From the NCBI GenBank assembly GCA_027319565.1, contig DAHVNA010000005.1:8759-72758 (forward strand): a DNA stretch of 64,000 nt, in the 5' to 3' direction. Source of the DNA: Elusimicrobiota bacterium (GTDB taxonomy: Bacteria > Elusimicrobiota > Elusimicrobia > UBA1565 > UBA9628). Shown piece after piece: positions 41,737 to 50,992 of this stretch. Within the stretch, counting starts at the first letter, position 1. Each line of letters starts with the position of its first letter. The notes beneath the pieces are model-generated. The model saw only the letters and a program-made list of their open reading frames with translations, had not been told where the DNA came from and ran no database searches. The translations under genes were made by a program, and so were the position numbers.

Positions 41737-42593
41737 CTCCGGCAAGTTCGCCCGCAGAAACGCTTCCTCAATCCGAAAAAAACTCGAATTTCTTTTTAGG
41801 TTTTCTTTTTTTATCTCCCGTTCAGCGGCAGGCCTTGTCCGCGGTCTACGCCTATTGCCGCCTCATCGATGATTTAGTCGACGACACCCAAAAAACCGAA
41901 AAAGAGGCGCGGGCAGGGCTCGATTTTTGGCGAAATGAAATAGAGAAAATTTTTGCGGGCCAGGGAAGCCACCCGGTGTCCTTAGAAATCGAAAAGGCGC
42001 TTAAACATTTTCCCCTCCCCAAGGAGGCTTTTTTTGAAATGATCCGGGGATGTGAAATGGATCTCAATAAAACCCATTATCAAACTTTTTCCGATTTAGA
42101 ACCTTATCTGAAGGGCGTCGCGGTTTCAGTGGGACAGCTTTCGGTTGAGATTTTCGGCTACCAGCACACGGCCCAGGATAAAATGAAGGAGTTCGTAGGT
42201 TCTTTCGGTTACGCCTTTCAGATGACAAACATTTTAAGAGATGTCGGAGACGATCTCAGCCTCGGACGCATCTACATTCCCGAAAGCGAAATGGAAAAAG
42301 CGGGATATAGTCGCGCTGAACTCTTAAAAAGAGAACACAATTTGGCTTTTGAACGACTCATGCAAGGACTCTGGCAAAAAACCAAGGGATTTTACAGGCA
42401 GGGAAGAGCCGCCCTCGACTTTAGAGATCGCCCTGCGCTCCTTCCGGCCGAGATTATGGCCCATGTCTATGAAGGCATTTTAGACGAGATCCAAAGAAAG
42501 GATTTCCGAGTATTCTTCTCAAAAACAACTCTCTCTCCGTTCAAAAAACTCAGATTGGCGTTCAAGGCCTGGCTCTATTGTCATGGATTTTGA
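41733..42593 (+). CDS. hpnD: Presqualene diphosphate synthase HpnD
   Basis: SNFF, YAYCRLIDDLVD, QMTNILRDVGDD, GRIYIP. Confidence 0.9.
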   Translation: MTPASSPAETLPQSEKNSNFFLGFLFLSPVQRQALSAVYAYCRLIDDLVDDTQKTEKEARAGLDFWRNEIEKIFAGQGSHPVSLEIEKALKHFPLPKEAFFEMIRGCEMDLNKTHYQTFSDLEPYLKGVAVSVGQLSVEIFGYQHTAQDKMKEFVGSFGYAFQMTNILRDVGDDLSLGRIYIPESEMEKAGYSRAELLKREHNLAFERLMQGLWQKTKGFYRQGRAALDFRDRPALLPAEIMAHVYEGILDEIQRKDFRVFFSKTTLSPFKKLRLAFKAWLYCHGF

Positions 42594-43917
42594 CGTTCTA
42601 GTCATCGGTGGCGGCTTTGCCGGCCTTTCCGCCGCGACGATCTTATCCGAGCAAGGCAAAAAAGTTTTGCTCCTTGAAAAAAAACCTCACCTCGGGGGAA
42701 GGGCTTATTCTTTTATTGATTCCAAGACCGGACACGAAATCGACAACGGACAACACTTGTTTATCGGGGCTTATGCCGAAACCAGAAAATTTATCGGCCG
42801 CATCGGTTCAAGCCCGCTTTTACGCTTTGAGGAGAAGCTCAATCTTCATTTTAAAGACTCTTCCGGCCAAAGCGCGCGCCTGTCGGCGCCTTCCCTATTT
42901 CCCGCCCCGCTTGATTTCGCCTGGGGAGTGTTTAATCTCAAAGGCCTTTCTCTTAAAGAAAAAATATCGGCGGGAAAGGTCTTTCGCGAAATAAAAAAAT
43001 TTAGAACGGAGAGTGATTACTCCGGGAAAATTGAGCGCCTCAGCGTCCGTCAATGGCTTAACTCTCTAGGACAAAGCTCGTCCATTCAAAAAAGATTATG
43101 GGAACCTCTCGCGATTGGCATTCTCAATGAAAACGCCCAGACGGCCTCGGCCCTAGGCCTCATCCAGGCCTTGGAAAAAATCTTAAGCGGAACCCCCAAA
43201 AATGCTTCCAGACTCGGATACTCCCAGGTTGGATTAAGTTCGCTTTACGTCCAACAAGCGGAAGCTTATATTCAGAAACGTCAGGGATCGGTTCTCTATT
43301 CTTCAAAGATTAGTTCGATTCTCTATCAAGAAGGACGCGCCTGCGGGGTCACTTGCGATGACGGACGCACGTTTAACGCGCGCCATGTTTTACTGACGCT
43401 TCCTCCTTGGGACCTCAAGCGCCTCAACGTTCCCGATTGGCTCAAAACCGGGCTTGAGTCGTTTTCGACCTCCCCGATTATCGGACTTTCCTTGTGGTTG
43501 GACAGGCCGATTACCCCCAATCAAACCACCGGGCTCATCGACACCCAATTTCATTGGGCGTTTAATAAAAACCGCATTTGGAATCTTCCCGGCAAAACCC
43601 AATATCTGGCCTTGGTCATTAGCGCCGCCCATGCTGAACTTAAAAAAGAGCCTCAAGAAATTCTTGAGATCGCAAAAAAAGAACTTGCGGTTTTTCCTGA
43701 ATTTAAAAAAGCTAAAATTATCCATTGGAGGCTGATCAAGGAGCCTTTCGCGACGCCTTCTCCAAAGCCCGGCCTGGAAGAAATGCGGCCGTTTCCTGGA
43801 GAGGTTTCGCCCGGGCTCATTCTCGCTGGGGACTGGACTCGAACAGGCCTTCCGGCCACCATTGAGAGCGCGGTTTTAAGCGGACATAGGGCCGCAGAAA
43901 TCGTCTTAAAAGCGTAA
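42583..43917 (+). CDS. hpnE: Hydroxysqualene dehydroxylase HpnE (FAD-dependent)
   Basis: GGGFAGLSAA, LGGRAYS, IDNGQH, AGDWTRTGLPATIESAVLSG. Confidence 0.92.
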   Translation: MDFDVLVIGGGFAGLSAATILSEQGKKVLLLEKKPHLGGRAYSFIDSKTGHEIDNGQHLFIGAYAETRKFIGRIGSSPLLRFEEKLNLHFKDSSGQSARLSAPSLFPAPLDFAWGVFNLKGLSLKEKISAGKVFREIKKFRTESDYSGKIERLSVRQWLNSLGQSSSIQKRLWEPLAIGILNENAQTASALGLIQALEKILSGTPKNASRLGYSQVGLSSLYVQQAEAYIQKRQGSVLYSSKISSILYQEGRACGVTCDDGRTFNARHVLLTLPPWDLKRLNVPDWLKTGLESFSTSPIIGLSLWLDRPITPNQTTGLIDTQFHWAFNKNRIWNLPGKTQYLALVISAAHAELKKEPQEILEIAKKELAVFPEFKKAKIIHWRLIKEPFATPSPKPGLEEMRPFPGEVSPGLILAGDWTRTGLPATIESAVLSGHRAAEIVLKA

Positions 43918-43919
43918 AG

Positions 43920-44025
43920 GTAACTGTTCAGGTTCGTCATTCCGGCGAACGCCGGAATCCAGTGGTAAGCTTTCTGAGAGTCTGGACTCCGGCTTACGGA
44001 TTGCCGGAGTGACGCGAGTAGTTAC
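43920..44025. mobile_element. Small non-autonomous palindromic (REP/MITE-like) element
   Basis: Imperfect terminal inverted repeats GTAACTGTTC / GAGTAGTTAC enclose GTCATTCCGGCGAACGCCGGAATCCAG ... CTGGACTCCGGC..GCCGGAGTGAC. Confidence 0.65.
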
Positions 44026-44054
44026 GCATATACTCATAAAGGAGAACATTGCAA

Positions 44055-44618
44055 ATGCTGAAATCCGATCGCTGGATTAGAAAGATGTGCCTTGAGACCA
44101 AAATGATTGAGCCTTTTATCGACAGACAAGAAGGAGAAGGCAAAATCTCTTTTGGCCTTTCATCCTATGGATACGATATCCGCTTGGCCGATGAATATAA
44201 GATTTTCACCAATGTCTTTGGCGCCGTCGTCGACCCAAAAAACTTCGATCCGAAATCCTTTGTCGATTACAAAGGTCCGGACTGCATCGTTCCGCCCAAT
44301 TCTTTTGCCTTGGCGCGTTCGGTTGAGCGCTTTAAAATTCCCAGAAACGTCTTGGCCATCTGCCTTGGGAAAAGCACTTTTGCCCGCTGCGGTATCATCG
44401 TCAATGTCACTCCTCTTGAGCCAACCTGGGAGGGATATTTAACCATTGAAATCTCAAACACCACTCCGCTTCCGGCCAAGGTCTATTCCGGCGAGGGAAT
44501 CGCCCAGCTTTTGTTCTTAGAATCAGACGAGGTTTGCGAAACCAGCTATGCCGACAGAAAAGGCAAATATCAATCCCAGACGGGCGTGGTGGTCCCAAGG
44601 ATTCTCTCAAAAGCCTAA
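44055..44618 (+). CDS. dcd: dCTP deaminase
   Basis: [35 protein letters not shown]. Confidence 0.95.
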   Translation: MLKSDRWIRKMCLETKMIEPFIDRQEGEGKISFGLSSYGYDIRLADEYKIFTNVFGAVVDPKNFDPKSFVDYKGPDCIVPPNSFALARSVERFKIPRNVLAICLGKSTFARCGIIVNVTPLEPTWEGYLTIEISNTTPLPAKVYSGEGIAQLLFLESDEVCETSYADRKGKYQSQTGVVVPRILSKA

Positions 44619-45195
44619 TCGGACTTTAAACGCCCTTCTCATTAGTTTTTTTCTAATCCCACGGGGATTATTTTTTCCCCGTCGCTTAGCTTTCGCGGCG
44701 CCGCCATCCAACAATCAAGCCGCAAGCTCCAGCGCCATTGAAGAATTAAAAAAAAGACAAATTATAGCCCCCGACGCCGAGGATTACACGGAAGAAGATT
44801 TGCAGACGCTCGTGCGAATGAAAAAGGCGGAATCTCTCGGGGCGATAGATTTTTTATCCCGTAAACTCGGCGATATTAAGGCTTTTACTTTTGAGGAGCG
44901 GGGAAAAAGCGATTCTCCGCTTAAACTCAACAACGCGGGTTTTAAAAAATACCTCTTTTTTCTTTCTCAAAAAGCCATCGCTTATTTTGCCTTGCATCAT
45001 ACAGCGCCCAAACGAGTCTTTAGCCTCACCGACACCCAGGGCCGGAAAATTTTCGATAAAGACGGGCTTTTAACTCTTCCCGGAGAGAATCTTTTCGATC
45101 AAATCCTCGAAAAACGCCACGTTGAGTGGGAGCTTTCCGGCAAAATCATGGCCAATTACAAGCTCAAAAAAAGTTCTTTATCCGCCTCCCCATGA
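44548..45195 (+). CDS. Hypothetical exported protein
   Basis: ORF with a signal-like segment ending AFA; start uncertain because ATG 44548 overlaps dcd by about 70 nt. Confidence 0.55.
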   Translation: MPTEKANINPRRAWWSQGFSQKPNRTLNALLISFFLIPRGLFFPRRLAFAAPPSNNQAASSSAIEELKKRQIIAPDAEDYTEEDLQTLVRMKKAESLGAIDFLSRKLGDIKAFTFEERGKSDSPLKLNNAGFKKYLFFLSQKAIAYFALHHTAPKRVFSLTDTQGRKIFDKDGLLTLPGENLFDQILEKRHVEWELSGKIMANYKLKKSSLSASP

Positions 45196-45887
45196 TTCGA
45201 GAAGAAGTCGTTTTTTATTTAAAGTCCAACCTTGGGAAATTTCCATTATCGGAACTCAAGGCGCAACTATTATCGGAAGGCGTTTCAGAAGAAGAAATCA
45301 AAAGCGCCCTCAAAGCGGCCAAACGCGCCCAAAGCCGAGAGCGCTTCGGGCGTTTCCTAATGATTCTAGGAGGAGTCGCCTTATTTTCTTCCCTTGTTTT
45401 TATTTTTCTTAGGCCGACAAGGCCGCCCTTGGGAGTTCCAGTGACCAGTCCCGTTTTCATCAGCCATTTTGGCTATACCCTTCATATTCCTGATGGATAT
45501 GAAGCGATCATCGACAAAAAAACAAGAAGGCGGGAAACCGTTTTTTTCTGCCAAAAAGGGACCGACCCCAGCACCTTTTTAGACCAAAGCCTTTATGGGG
45601 AATTGGGAATCCTGCGGCTGAAGGTCTTACCCAATCCCTTTCCCAACGACCTGTCGGCTTTTAATAAGCTCAGCCGCATCATCGAATCCAAAGCTAGAAC
45701 CAACGGCTCGCCCTTTCATTTAGAACCCCTCAGCATCTCCGGTATGCCGGGTTTAGAAGTAATCTTTGACGCTCCCGCCTCTAAAACCCTGACCTATGTT
45801 CTCGGAGCCAAAAATCTTTATATTTTTCTCACCGGCCCCAGTAATCCCAACGCGCCTATCATCATCAAAAGCTTGCGGGAAATCTAA
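45192..45887 (+). CDS. Hypothetical single-pass membrane protein
   Basis: ATGA overlap; short helical cytoplasmic domain, TM helix, then an exported domain. Confidence 0.7.
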   Translation: MIREEVVFYLKSNLGKFPLSELKAQLLSEGVSEEEIKSALKAAKRAQSRERFGRFLMILGGVALFSSLVFIFLRPTRPPLGVPVTSPVFISHFGYTLHIPDGYEAIIDKKTRRRETVFFCQKGTDPSTFLDQSLYGELGILRLKVLPNPFPNDLSAFNKLSRIIESKARTNGSPFHLEPLSISGMPGLEVIFDAPASKTLTYVLGAKNLYIFLTGPSNPNAPIIIKSLREI

Positions 45888-45905
45888 AACCCCGCAAATT
45901 GGGCC

Positions 45906-45930
45906 GAACTTTCGAGACCTTAACTGCGTA
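45906..45930 (+). promoter_or_regulatory. Possible ECF sigma promoter
   Basis: GAACTT ... CGTA, with AAC-N17-CGT spacing. Confidence 0.4.
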
Positions 45931-45957
45931 ATAAAAAGAGAGCGTCTTTAATTGGCC

Positions 45958-47304
45958 ATGACAAGAATGTCCTTTATTTTCTTATCGGGAACTTGCGTTT
46001 GCCTCTCAACGCCGACAAATCTAAAAGCTACATCGTTTCCTCATCTCAGCAATCCCGCTCCGATCTTAACCCCAAACTCAAGCGCCAACGACCCAGTCGC
46101 AAAAACTGAAAAGACAAAAATCTGGCCTCACACGGCGGTTTTGCGCGCCCTCTCAAACTGCTGGAAACCCGCCTGCTGGCCCTGGAAGAGTTCGGATTCG
46201 GAAATAAAAGCGGAGAAAGAGACCGTCAAAAAATACCCCCTTCCTATCCCTAAGACAAAACCGGCGCAGCAAAAAAAAATGCAAGTTCTACTGAAAAATC
46301 TAAGCTCTAAATATCCCAAGGATATCCTCAACTCTTTGACGCAAGAAAATTCTTCTCCGACAGCAAGAATCAAGATTCTCAAGCATTTTGACAAAGAACA
46401 AGTCCGCTTGATTCATAAATACTGGCCCCACTGGGAAGATCCCGCGGCTCAAAATTCCACCACTCCAATCACTGTTGGCGGAGGCAGCGGAAGAACATCC
46501 AACGGGAAGGATAAAAACAAGAAGAACGGAATTTCAAATGGGATAGGCACGAACTCAGGTGGTGGCGGCGGGGGTTCTTCTAGCGGAGGCTCGGGGTCTT
46601 CCAGTCAGCCTAGTTCGCCCAACTTAAATCAATCTCCCACAAATTCCAATTCCAAAACGGCTTCTCTCCCAACCTCGATTAAACCTTTCCCCAAAGCGAT
46701 TTCAAAACTTAAAAAAGCGCCCGCGCCCAAAATTAAAAACCCTTCCCAAAAAATAAAACATACTCCCACTGTCGTTCAAGCGGCGAAAAAACCGGCCGTG
46801 CCGGGGCCCGTCAATACAAAACCTTCGCTTCTTAATCCAAAAACCGGCGCTCCCATAAATTCTCATCTTCAAAAGCCTATTCCAGCATCAAAAGCCGACA
46901 AAAAATCTTCTAGCACTCAAATTTCAAAGAAGACACCCGCCCTCGCTCCAGGCTTTCTCCCTTTAAAAAACAATCCCTCTTCCGGAGCGGAAAAAAATGC
47001 GGCTTCAGGCTTAGGACTGGCAGATGAAAGCGCGAAAGCTCCATCCAAGAGCCTAAAAGCTTCAAAAGCCAAAGGCCCGTTTCCCCTCGCACCAAAGGCA
47101 TCTCGAGCAGAAAAAGAGTCGGCGGTCCCGCCGCCCAATCCACCATCCCCGCAAAACCGTCCGGAAAAAGTCCAGCCTGAGAGCCGTCCCTTGCCCCTTG
47201 ATTCCATAAGTCCGCGCCCTAAAACCTCTAACCCCTCTGTTTTTTTACTCTCCGCTTCTCTAGGCGCGCTCGCCATTTTAATTTTCATCCTTTGGATGAT
47301 TTAA
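45958..47304 (+). CDS. Hypothetical Pro/Lys/Ser-rich protein with C-terminal membrane anchor
   Basis: Signal-like N-terminus, poly-Gly/Ser linker, terminal TM helix. Confidence 0.65.
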   Translation: MTRMSFIFLSGTCVCLSTPTNLKATSFPHLSNPAPILTPNSSANDPVAKTEKTKIWPHTAVLRALSNCWKPACWPWKSSDSEIKAEKETVKKYPLPIPKTKPAQQKKMQVLLKNLSSKYPKDILNSLTQENSSPTARIKILKHFDKEQVRLIHKYWPHWEDPAAQNSTTPITVGGGSGRTSNGKDKNKKNGISNGIGTNSGGGGGGSSSGGSGSSSQPSSPNLNQSPTNSNSKTASLPTSIKPFPKAISKLKKAPAPKIKNPSQKIKHTPTVVQAAKKPAVPGPVNTKPSLLNPKTGAPINSHLQKPIPASKADKKSSSTQISKKTPALAPGFLPLKNNPSSGAEKNAASGLGLADESAKAPSKSLKASKAKGPFPLAPKASRAEKESAVPPPNPPSPQNRPEKVQPESRPLPLDSISPRPKTSNPSVFLLSASLGALAILIFILWMI

Positions 47305-47333
47305 GTCTGGCTGTCCAAGAAACAATTTAGGAC

Positions 47334-47362
47334 TTGAAAATTCCCTGTTTGGGGGTTATAAA
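47334..47362 (+). promoter_or_regulatory. Sigma70 promoter, probably leaderless
   Basis: TTGAAA (47334-47339), 17 nt, TATAAA (47357-47362); ATG follows 5 nt later. Confidence 0.6.
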
Positions 47363-47367
47363 AGGGT

Positions 47368-48510
47368 ATGCGGCTCTCAAGGGGACAAATTCTGATACCG
47401 GCTCTTTTAATGTTTCCGACCTTGATGCTTTTTGTCTATTTAATTTATGAGACCGCGAAACTCTCCCGTGAAAAAATTCGCCATCAATTCGCCATTGATT
47501 CCGCCGCTTTTGTCGAAATGACCAACTATTCGGACTTTATCAACCGCACCGCCTATGTCAACGGAGCGTTTCCGATGCGCATTTTCTATGAAGGGTTTCA
47601 TTCGACCCAATTAACCAACATGGGGAAAAGTAATTGCGATGCCGCAGTCAATCAATACGCAACCGGAGGCTCGTTAGCTCTCGATGATCTTCTCTATGCG
47701 GAAGGCGCCTTTCCCCGAGATCCCAATTACGCCTATAGTGATTCCGAAGCCCCGGGATCCGCCTCATGGAAAATTGCCTATGACCCTGCCTCTGTCCGCG
47801 GCCCCAACCTCAATACTCCCACCCCGACAAACTTTGATTCCTCCAACGCACACACTGATCAGTCTGGAAAAAACTGCGGGCAAACCCCATGTCTGACCCT
47901 CATTAGCGAACAAACCGCCAATTGTTGGAATATCAATTGGCAGGACGCGACCGAGGTTATGAATCTCTATGTCCAGATCTATCAGCTCTTGGGTTCGGTT
48001 GAATCCGCCCAATTTTCGGTTTTGCAAAGACTGGCGACAGGACATCAATTTTTCACCAAATCTTATTGGCTTAACCTCGGCACGCAAGAAGCCCTCAGCG
48101 AAGCCCAGGGGGTCTCTTTTCCTCCGGTCAATTTTATGAGCGGCATCCAAATGCACTGCGTGCCCGCTCTTTTTTACTACGCCAATAAGCTGACGCCAGG
48201 AAATCCGTATCAGCCTTATGGAATATTCAACAACACTCCCGGAACCGCTATGACCAGCTCTATTAGCGGATGCGACGGGCTTTTTCAATTGGCCACCGTC
48301 AACCCCAGCATGATCCAATCAGCGGAACAAGGAAGCCCTTACCCCGGCTGGCAAGCCTCGATTACCTGGACGCCTCCCCAGAATTCTTTTAACATCCCTC
48401 TGGGAACGGCCAAGGTTCACGCCACCGCCTCTTTATGGCCCGGCGCGAACGACGAGGCCTCTGTCTGGCCCGACCCCACACCCCATTTTCAAACGAGGCT
48501 TTATCCTTAA
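47368..48510 (+). CDS. Tad/Flp system TadG-like pseudopilin
   Basis: RG-QIL cleavage site, TM helix, Q.AIDSAA motif; Cys-rich exported domain. Confidence 0.7.
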   Translation: MRLSRGQILIPALLMFPTLMLFVYLIYETAKLSREKIRHQFAIDSAAFVEMTNYSDFINRTAYVNGAFPMRIFYEGFHSTQLTNMGKSNCDAAVNQYATGGSLALDDLLYAEGAFPRDPNYAYSDSEAPGSASWKIAYDPASVRGPNLNTPTPTNFDSSNAHTDQSGKNCGQTPCLTLISEQTANCWNINWQDATEVMNLYVQIYQLLGSVESAQFSVLQRLATGHQFFTKSYWLNLGTQEALSEAQGVSFPPVNFMSGIQMHCVPALFYYANKLTPGNPYQPYGIFNNTPGTAMTSSISGCDGLFQLATVNPSMIQSAEQGSPYPGWQASITWTPPQNSFNIPLGTAKVHATASLWPGANDEASVWPDPTPHFQTRLYP

Positions 48511-48674
48511 CGGCAAGTAACGAGAAGCAAAAGAAAGAAACGGAAGGCAACGGAAAGAAATGGAAAGTAACGGAAAGAAAAAGAAAGAACCAGAAAGCAA
48601 CGGCAAGTATTCGCAGTTTTCCCTTGCTTTCCGTTGCCTTCCGTTACCTTCTGTGTCTCTCCGTTTCTTCCGTT
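48509..48674. repeat. 10-nt-period tandem repeat with inverted arm (long hairpin)
   Basis: Ten units of consensus CGGAAAGNAA (48511-48610), then about five reverse-complement units TTNCTTTCCG (48621-48674). Confidence 0.85.
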
Positions 48675-49138
48675 CTCACAAAGGTCAGGCCACGACCGAA
48701 ACGGTTTTGCTGTTTCCGATATTTATGTTCTTTCTTTTTGTATTCGCCAAAATATTCGCGATGCTGATTTTAGTCCAAAAAATGGAAATCGCATCCTACT
48801 ACGGCGCCCGGCGTTGGCAGCTTGAATCCCACAGAAATGAAAGCGCCTATCCGGACAACGGACTTGAAGGCGATATTCAAAATAAAATCAGCTCTTATCT
48901 TGGATACGGAAGTCCAACTCAGAGCTTTTTAGGCCTGGCGCCGACCGGATCTAACGGCGGGGCTTCTTTTCAGTGTACGCCGACCGAGTTTTGGCAGGTT
49001 TGCACTCTCAAAGTTCAAACCAAACCCATTGACATCGCCTGGATGTATCAATCCCCAGGATATACTTTCGAGGTGACAAAATACGTGCCGCACCGCGATC
49101 GCCCAATCCCATTTGTCCTTCCAGGAATGGGACCTTGA
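48560..49138 (+). CDS. TadE-like pseudopilin
   Basis: KG-QATTE site, TM helix, ASYYGAR motif; the leader is encoded by the repeat. Confidence 0.72.
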   Translation: MESNGKKKKEPESNGKYSQFSLAFRCLPLPSVSLRFFRSHKGQATTETVLLFPIFMFFLFVFAKIFAMLILVQKMEIASYYGARRWQLESHRNESAYPDNGLEGDIQNKISSYLGYGSPTQSFLGLAPTGSNGGASFQCTPTEFWQVCTLKVQTKPIDIAWMYQSPGYTFEVTKYVPHRDRPIPFVLPGMGP

Positions 49139-49186
49139 GGTTATTTTAATGAGAGTCAGTATATTGATATATTCTAAGGAGTCTTT

Positions 49187-50992
49187 ATGATCGCCTCTTA
49201 TATTATTGAAGTCGCCGCCAGCATCGCGTTTTTATCCGTTTTGATGCTCCTCATCGGCCCGGGAAAGCGCGGGAGCCTCAAGGCTCGGATTTGGCTTTTT
49301 TTCCAGCGCAATTGGCTGTGGTTTGCGATCGTCGCGGGAGTGATTATCTCCATTGTCATTCCGATTTGGTATATGGCCGGGATGGAAGAAAGCGTTCGCA
49401 AATACATCATTGGAATTAATATCGCTTCCCTGCCGTGGGGAATCATCCAAACCTTGGTCTTTGTCGGATTTCTCTATTTACTCCAATATGGCGGCGGATT
49501 CGCCCAATTCAGGAAATCTCGGGTCAAAGAGGGCCATGTCAATGTCAGGTTTTCAGACGTCATCGGTCTCAATGAGGCCAAGAAAGACGCCTGGGAAATG
49601 GTCCAACTCATAAAAGACCGCGCGGCCTTAAAAAAAGTCGGCGGGAAAATTCTTCATGGGATGCTCATGGTCGGACCGCCGGGATGCGGGAAAACTCTTC
49701 TCGCAAAAGCCATCGCCACCGAAGCTGGCGTTCCTTTCTTATCGGCCTCGGGCTCGGAATTTGTCGAGGTCTTTGTAGGGGTCGGAGCCGCGCGCGTCAG
49801 AAAGCTTTTCAAACAAGCCCGGCAATTTTCAAAAGCCTACGGGGCTTGCATCATCTTTATCGATGAATTGGAGGTTCTGGGGCGTTCTCGTGTTTATTTT
49901 GACGCCTTTGGCGGAAACCAGGAAGGCAATCAAACCCTCAATCAGCTTTTAGTTGAAATGGACGGTCTCAATGACGATGGAAGTCCGATTGTCGTCATCG
50001 GAGCCATGAACGCCCAAGAAGAAGTCTTGGACGCCGCTCTATTGCGCCCCGGACGGTTTGACCGCACGATAGCCATCGGACGCCCGAATCTCCAGGAACG
50101 CACCGAGATTTTTGATTACTACGCGAAAAAAATTAATCTTGATCCCAATATTGATATCGCGCGTTTGGCGAGAAAAGCGGTTTATAAAACTCCGGCGGAA
50201 ATAGAAAATATCCTTAAGGAATCGGCCCTGATTGCGACTCGCGATCGCCGGGAAGTGATCACTTACAAAGATATTTCCTCCGCTATTGAAAGAATCGAAC
50301 TCGGAGTCGCTCATCGCCTCAATATGACGCCCCACGAAAGGGAAATGACCGCGTTTCACGAAGCGGGACACCTTCTGATCCTCTATTTGACGCACCCCAC
50401 TAATGACGTCTTTAAAGCGTCCATTATCCAGCGCGGAGGAATCTTGGGAGTCGTCCATTCCATTCCCAGAGAAGAGCTCTTTAGCTCTGACATGAATACG
50501 CTCAAAGCCCATATCAAGGTCGCCTTGGGCGGGTACATGGCGGAAAAACTCAGGTTCGGCGTCACGACCGACGGCGTGGCCTCCGATTTCGCAAACGCGA
50601 CGACCATCGCCCACAACATGGTTTGGAGATATGGGATGGGCGAAAAGGGATTTGTCGGAGATTACACCCGCATCCCGAAAGAACAGCTTTCCGAGGCGCT
50701 CAAAGAACGCCTTAACGCCGCCACCCAAAGACTTCTCCAACAATCAACGGAAGAAGTCGAGATGACGTTAAAAACCGAATCGGTGATTCTGGAGCGTTTC
50801 GCGCAGGAGCTTCTCAAGCGCGACGAACTCGATTACGATGAAATCGTGGCCATTTTCCAGGAATACGGAAAGCCACCCAAGTCTCTTCCCTCTAATTCCG
50901 AGGTCTCACAGCCCAAAACAGAGCCGGTGCTTCCCGTCATCGCCACTCATGAGACCCCAAGTCCTAATGAATCTTTAAAGCCGTTAGAATAA
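49187..50992 (+). CDS. FtsH-family ATP-dependent Zn metalloprotease paralog (three N-terminal TMs)
   Basis: GPPGCGKT, EFVEVFVGVGA, FIDELE, ALLRPGRFDR, HEAGH, GVASD. Confidence 0.92.
   Translation: MIASYIIEVAASIAFLSVLMLLIGPGKRGSLKARIWLFFQRNWLWFAIVAGVIISIVIPIWYMAGMEESVRKYIIGINIASLPWGIIQTLVFVGFLYLLQYGGGFAQFRKSRVKEGHVNVRFSDVIGLNEAKKDAWEMVQLIKDRAALKKVGGKILHGMLMVGPPGCGKTLLAKAIATEAGVPFLSASGSEFVEVFVGVGAARVRKLFKQARQFSKAYGACIIFIDELEVLGRSRVYFDAFGGNQEGNQTLNQLLVEMDGLNDDGSPIVVIGAMNAQEEVLDAALLRPGRFDRTIAIGRPNLQERTEIFDYYAKKINLDPNIDIARLARKAVYKTPAEIENILKESALIATRDRREVITYKDISSAIERIELGVAHRLNMTPHEREMTAFHEAGHLLILYLTHPTNDVFKASIIQRGGILGVVHSIPREELFSSDMNTLKAHIKVALGGYMAEKLRFGVTTDGVASDFANATTIAHNMVWRYGMGEKGFVGDYTRIPKEQLSEALKERLNAATQRLLQQSTEEVEMTLKTESVILERFAQELLKRDELDYDEIVAIFQEYGKPPKSLPSNSEVSQPKTEPVLPVIATHETPSPNESLKPLE

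Noticed and set aside
48509..48674. CRISPR array
   Set aside because: Units are 10 nt, degenerate and contiguous, with no unique spacers and no cas genes.
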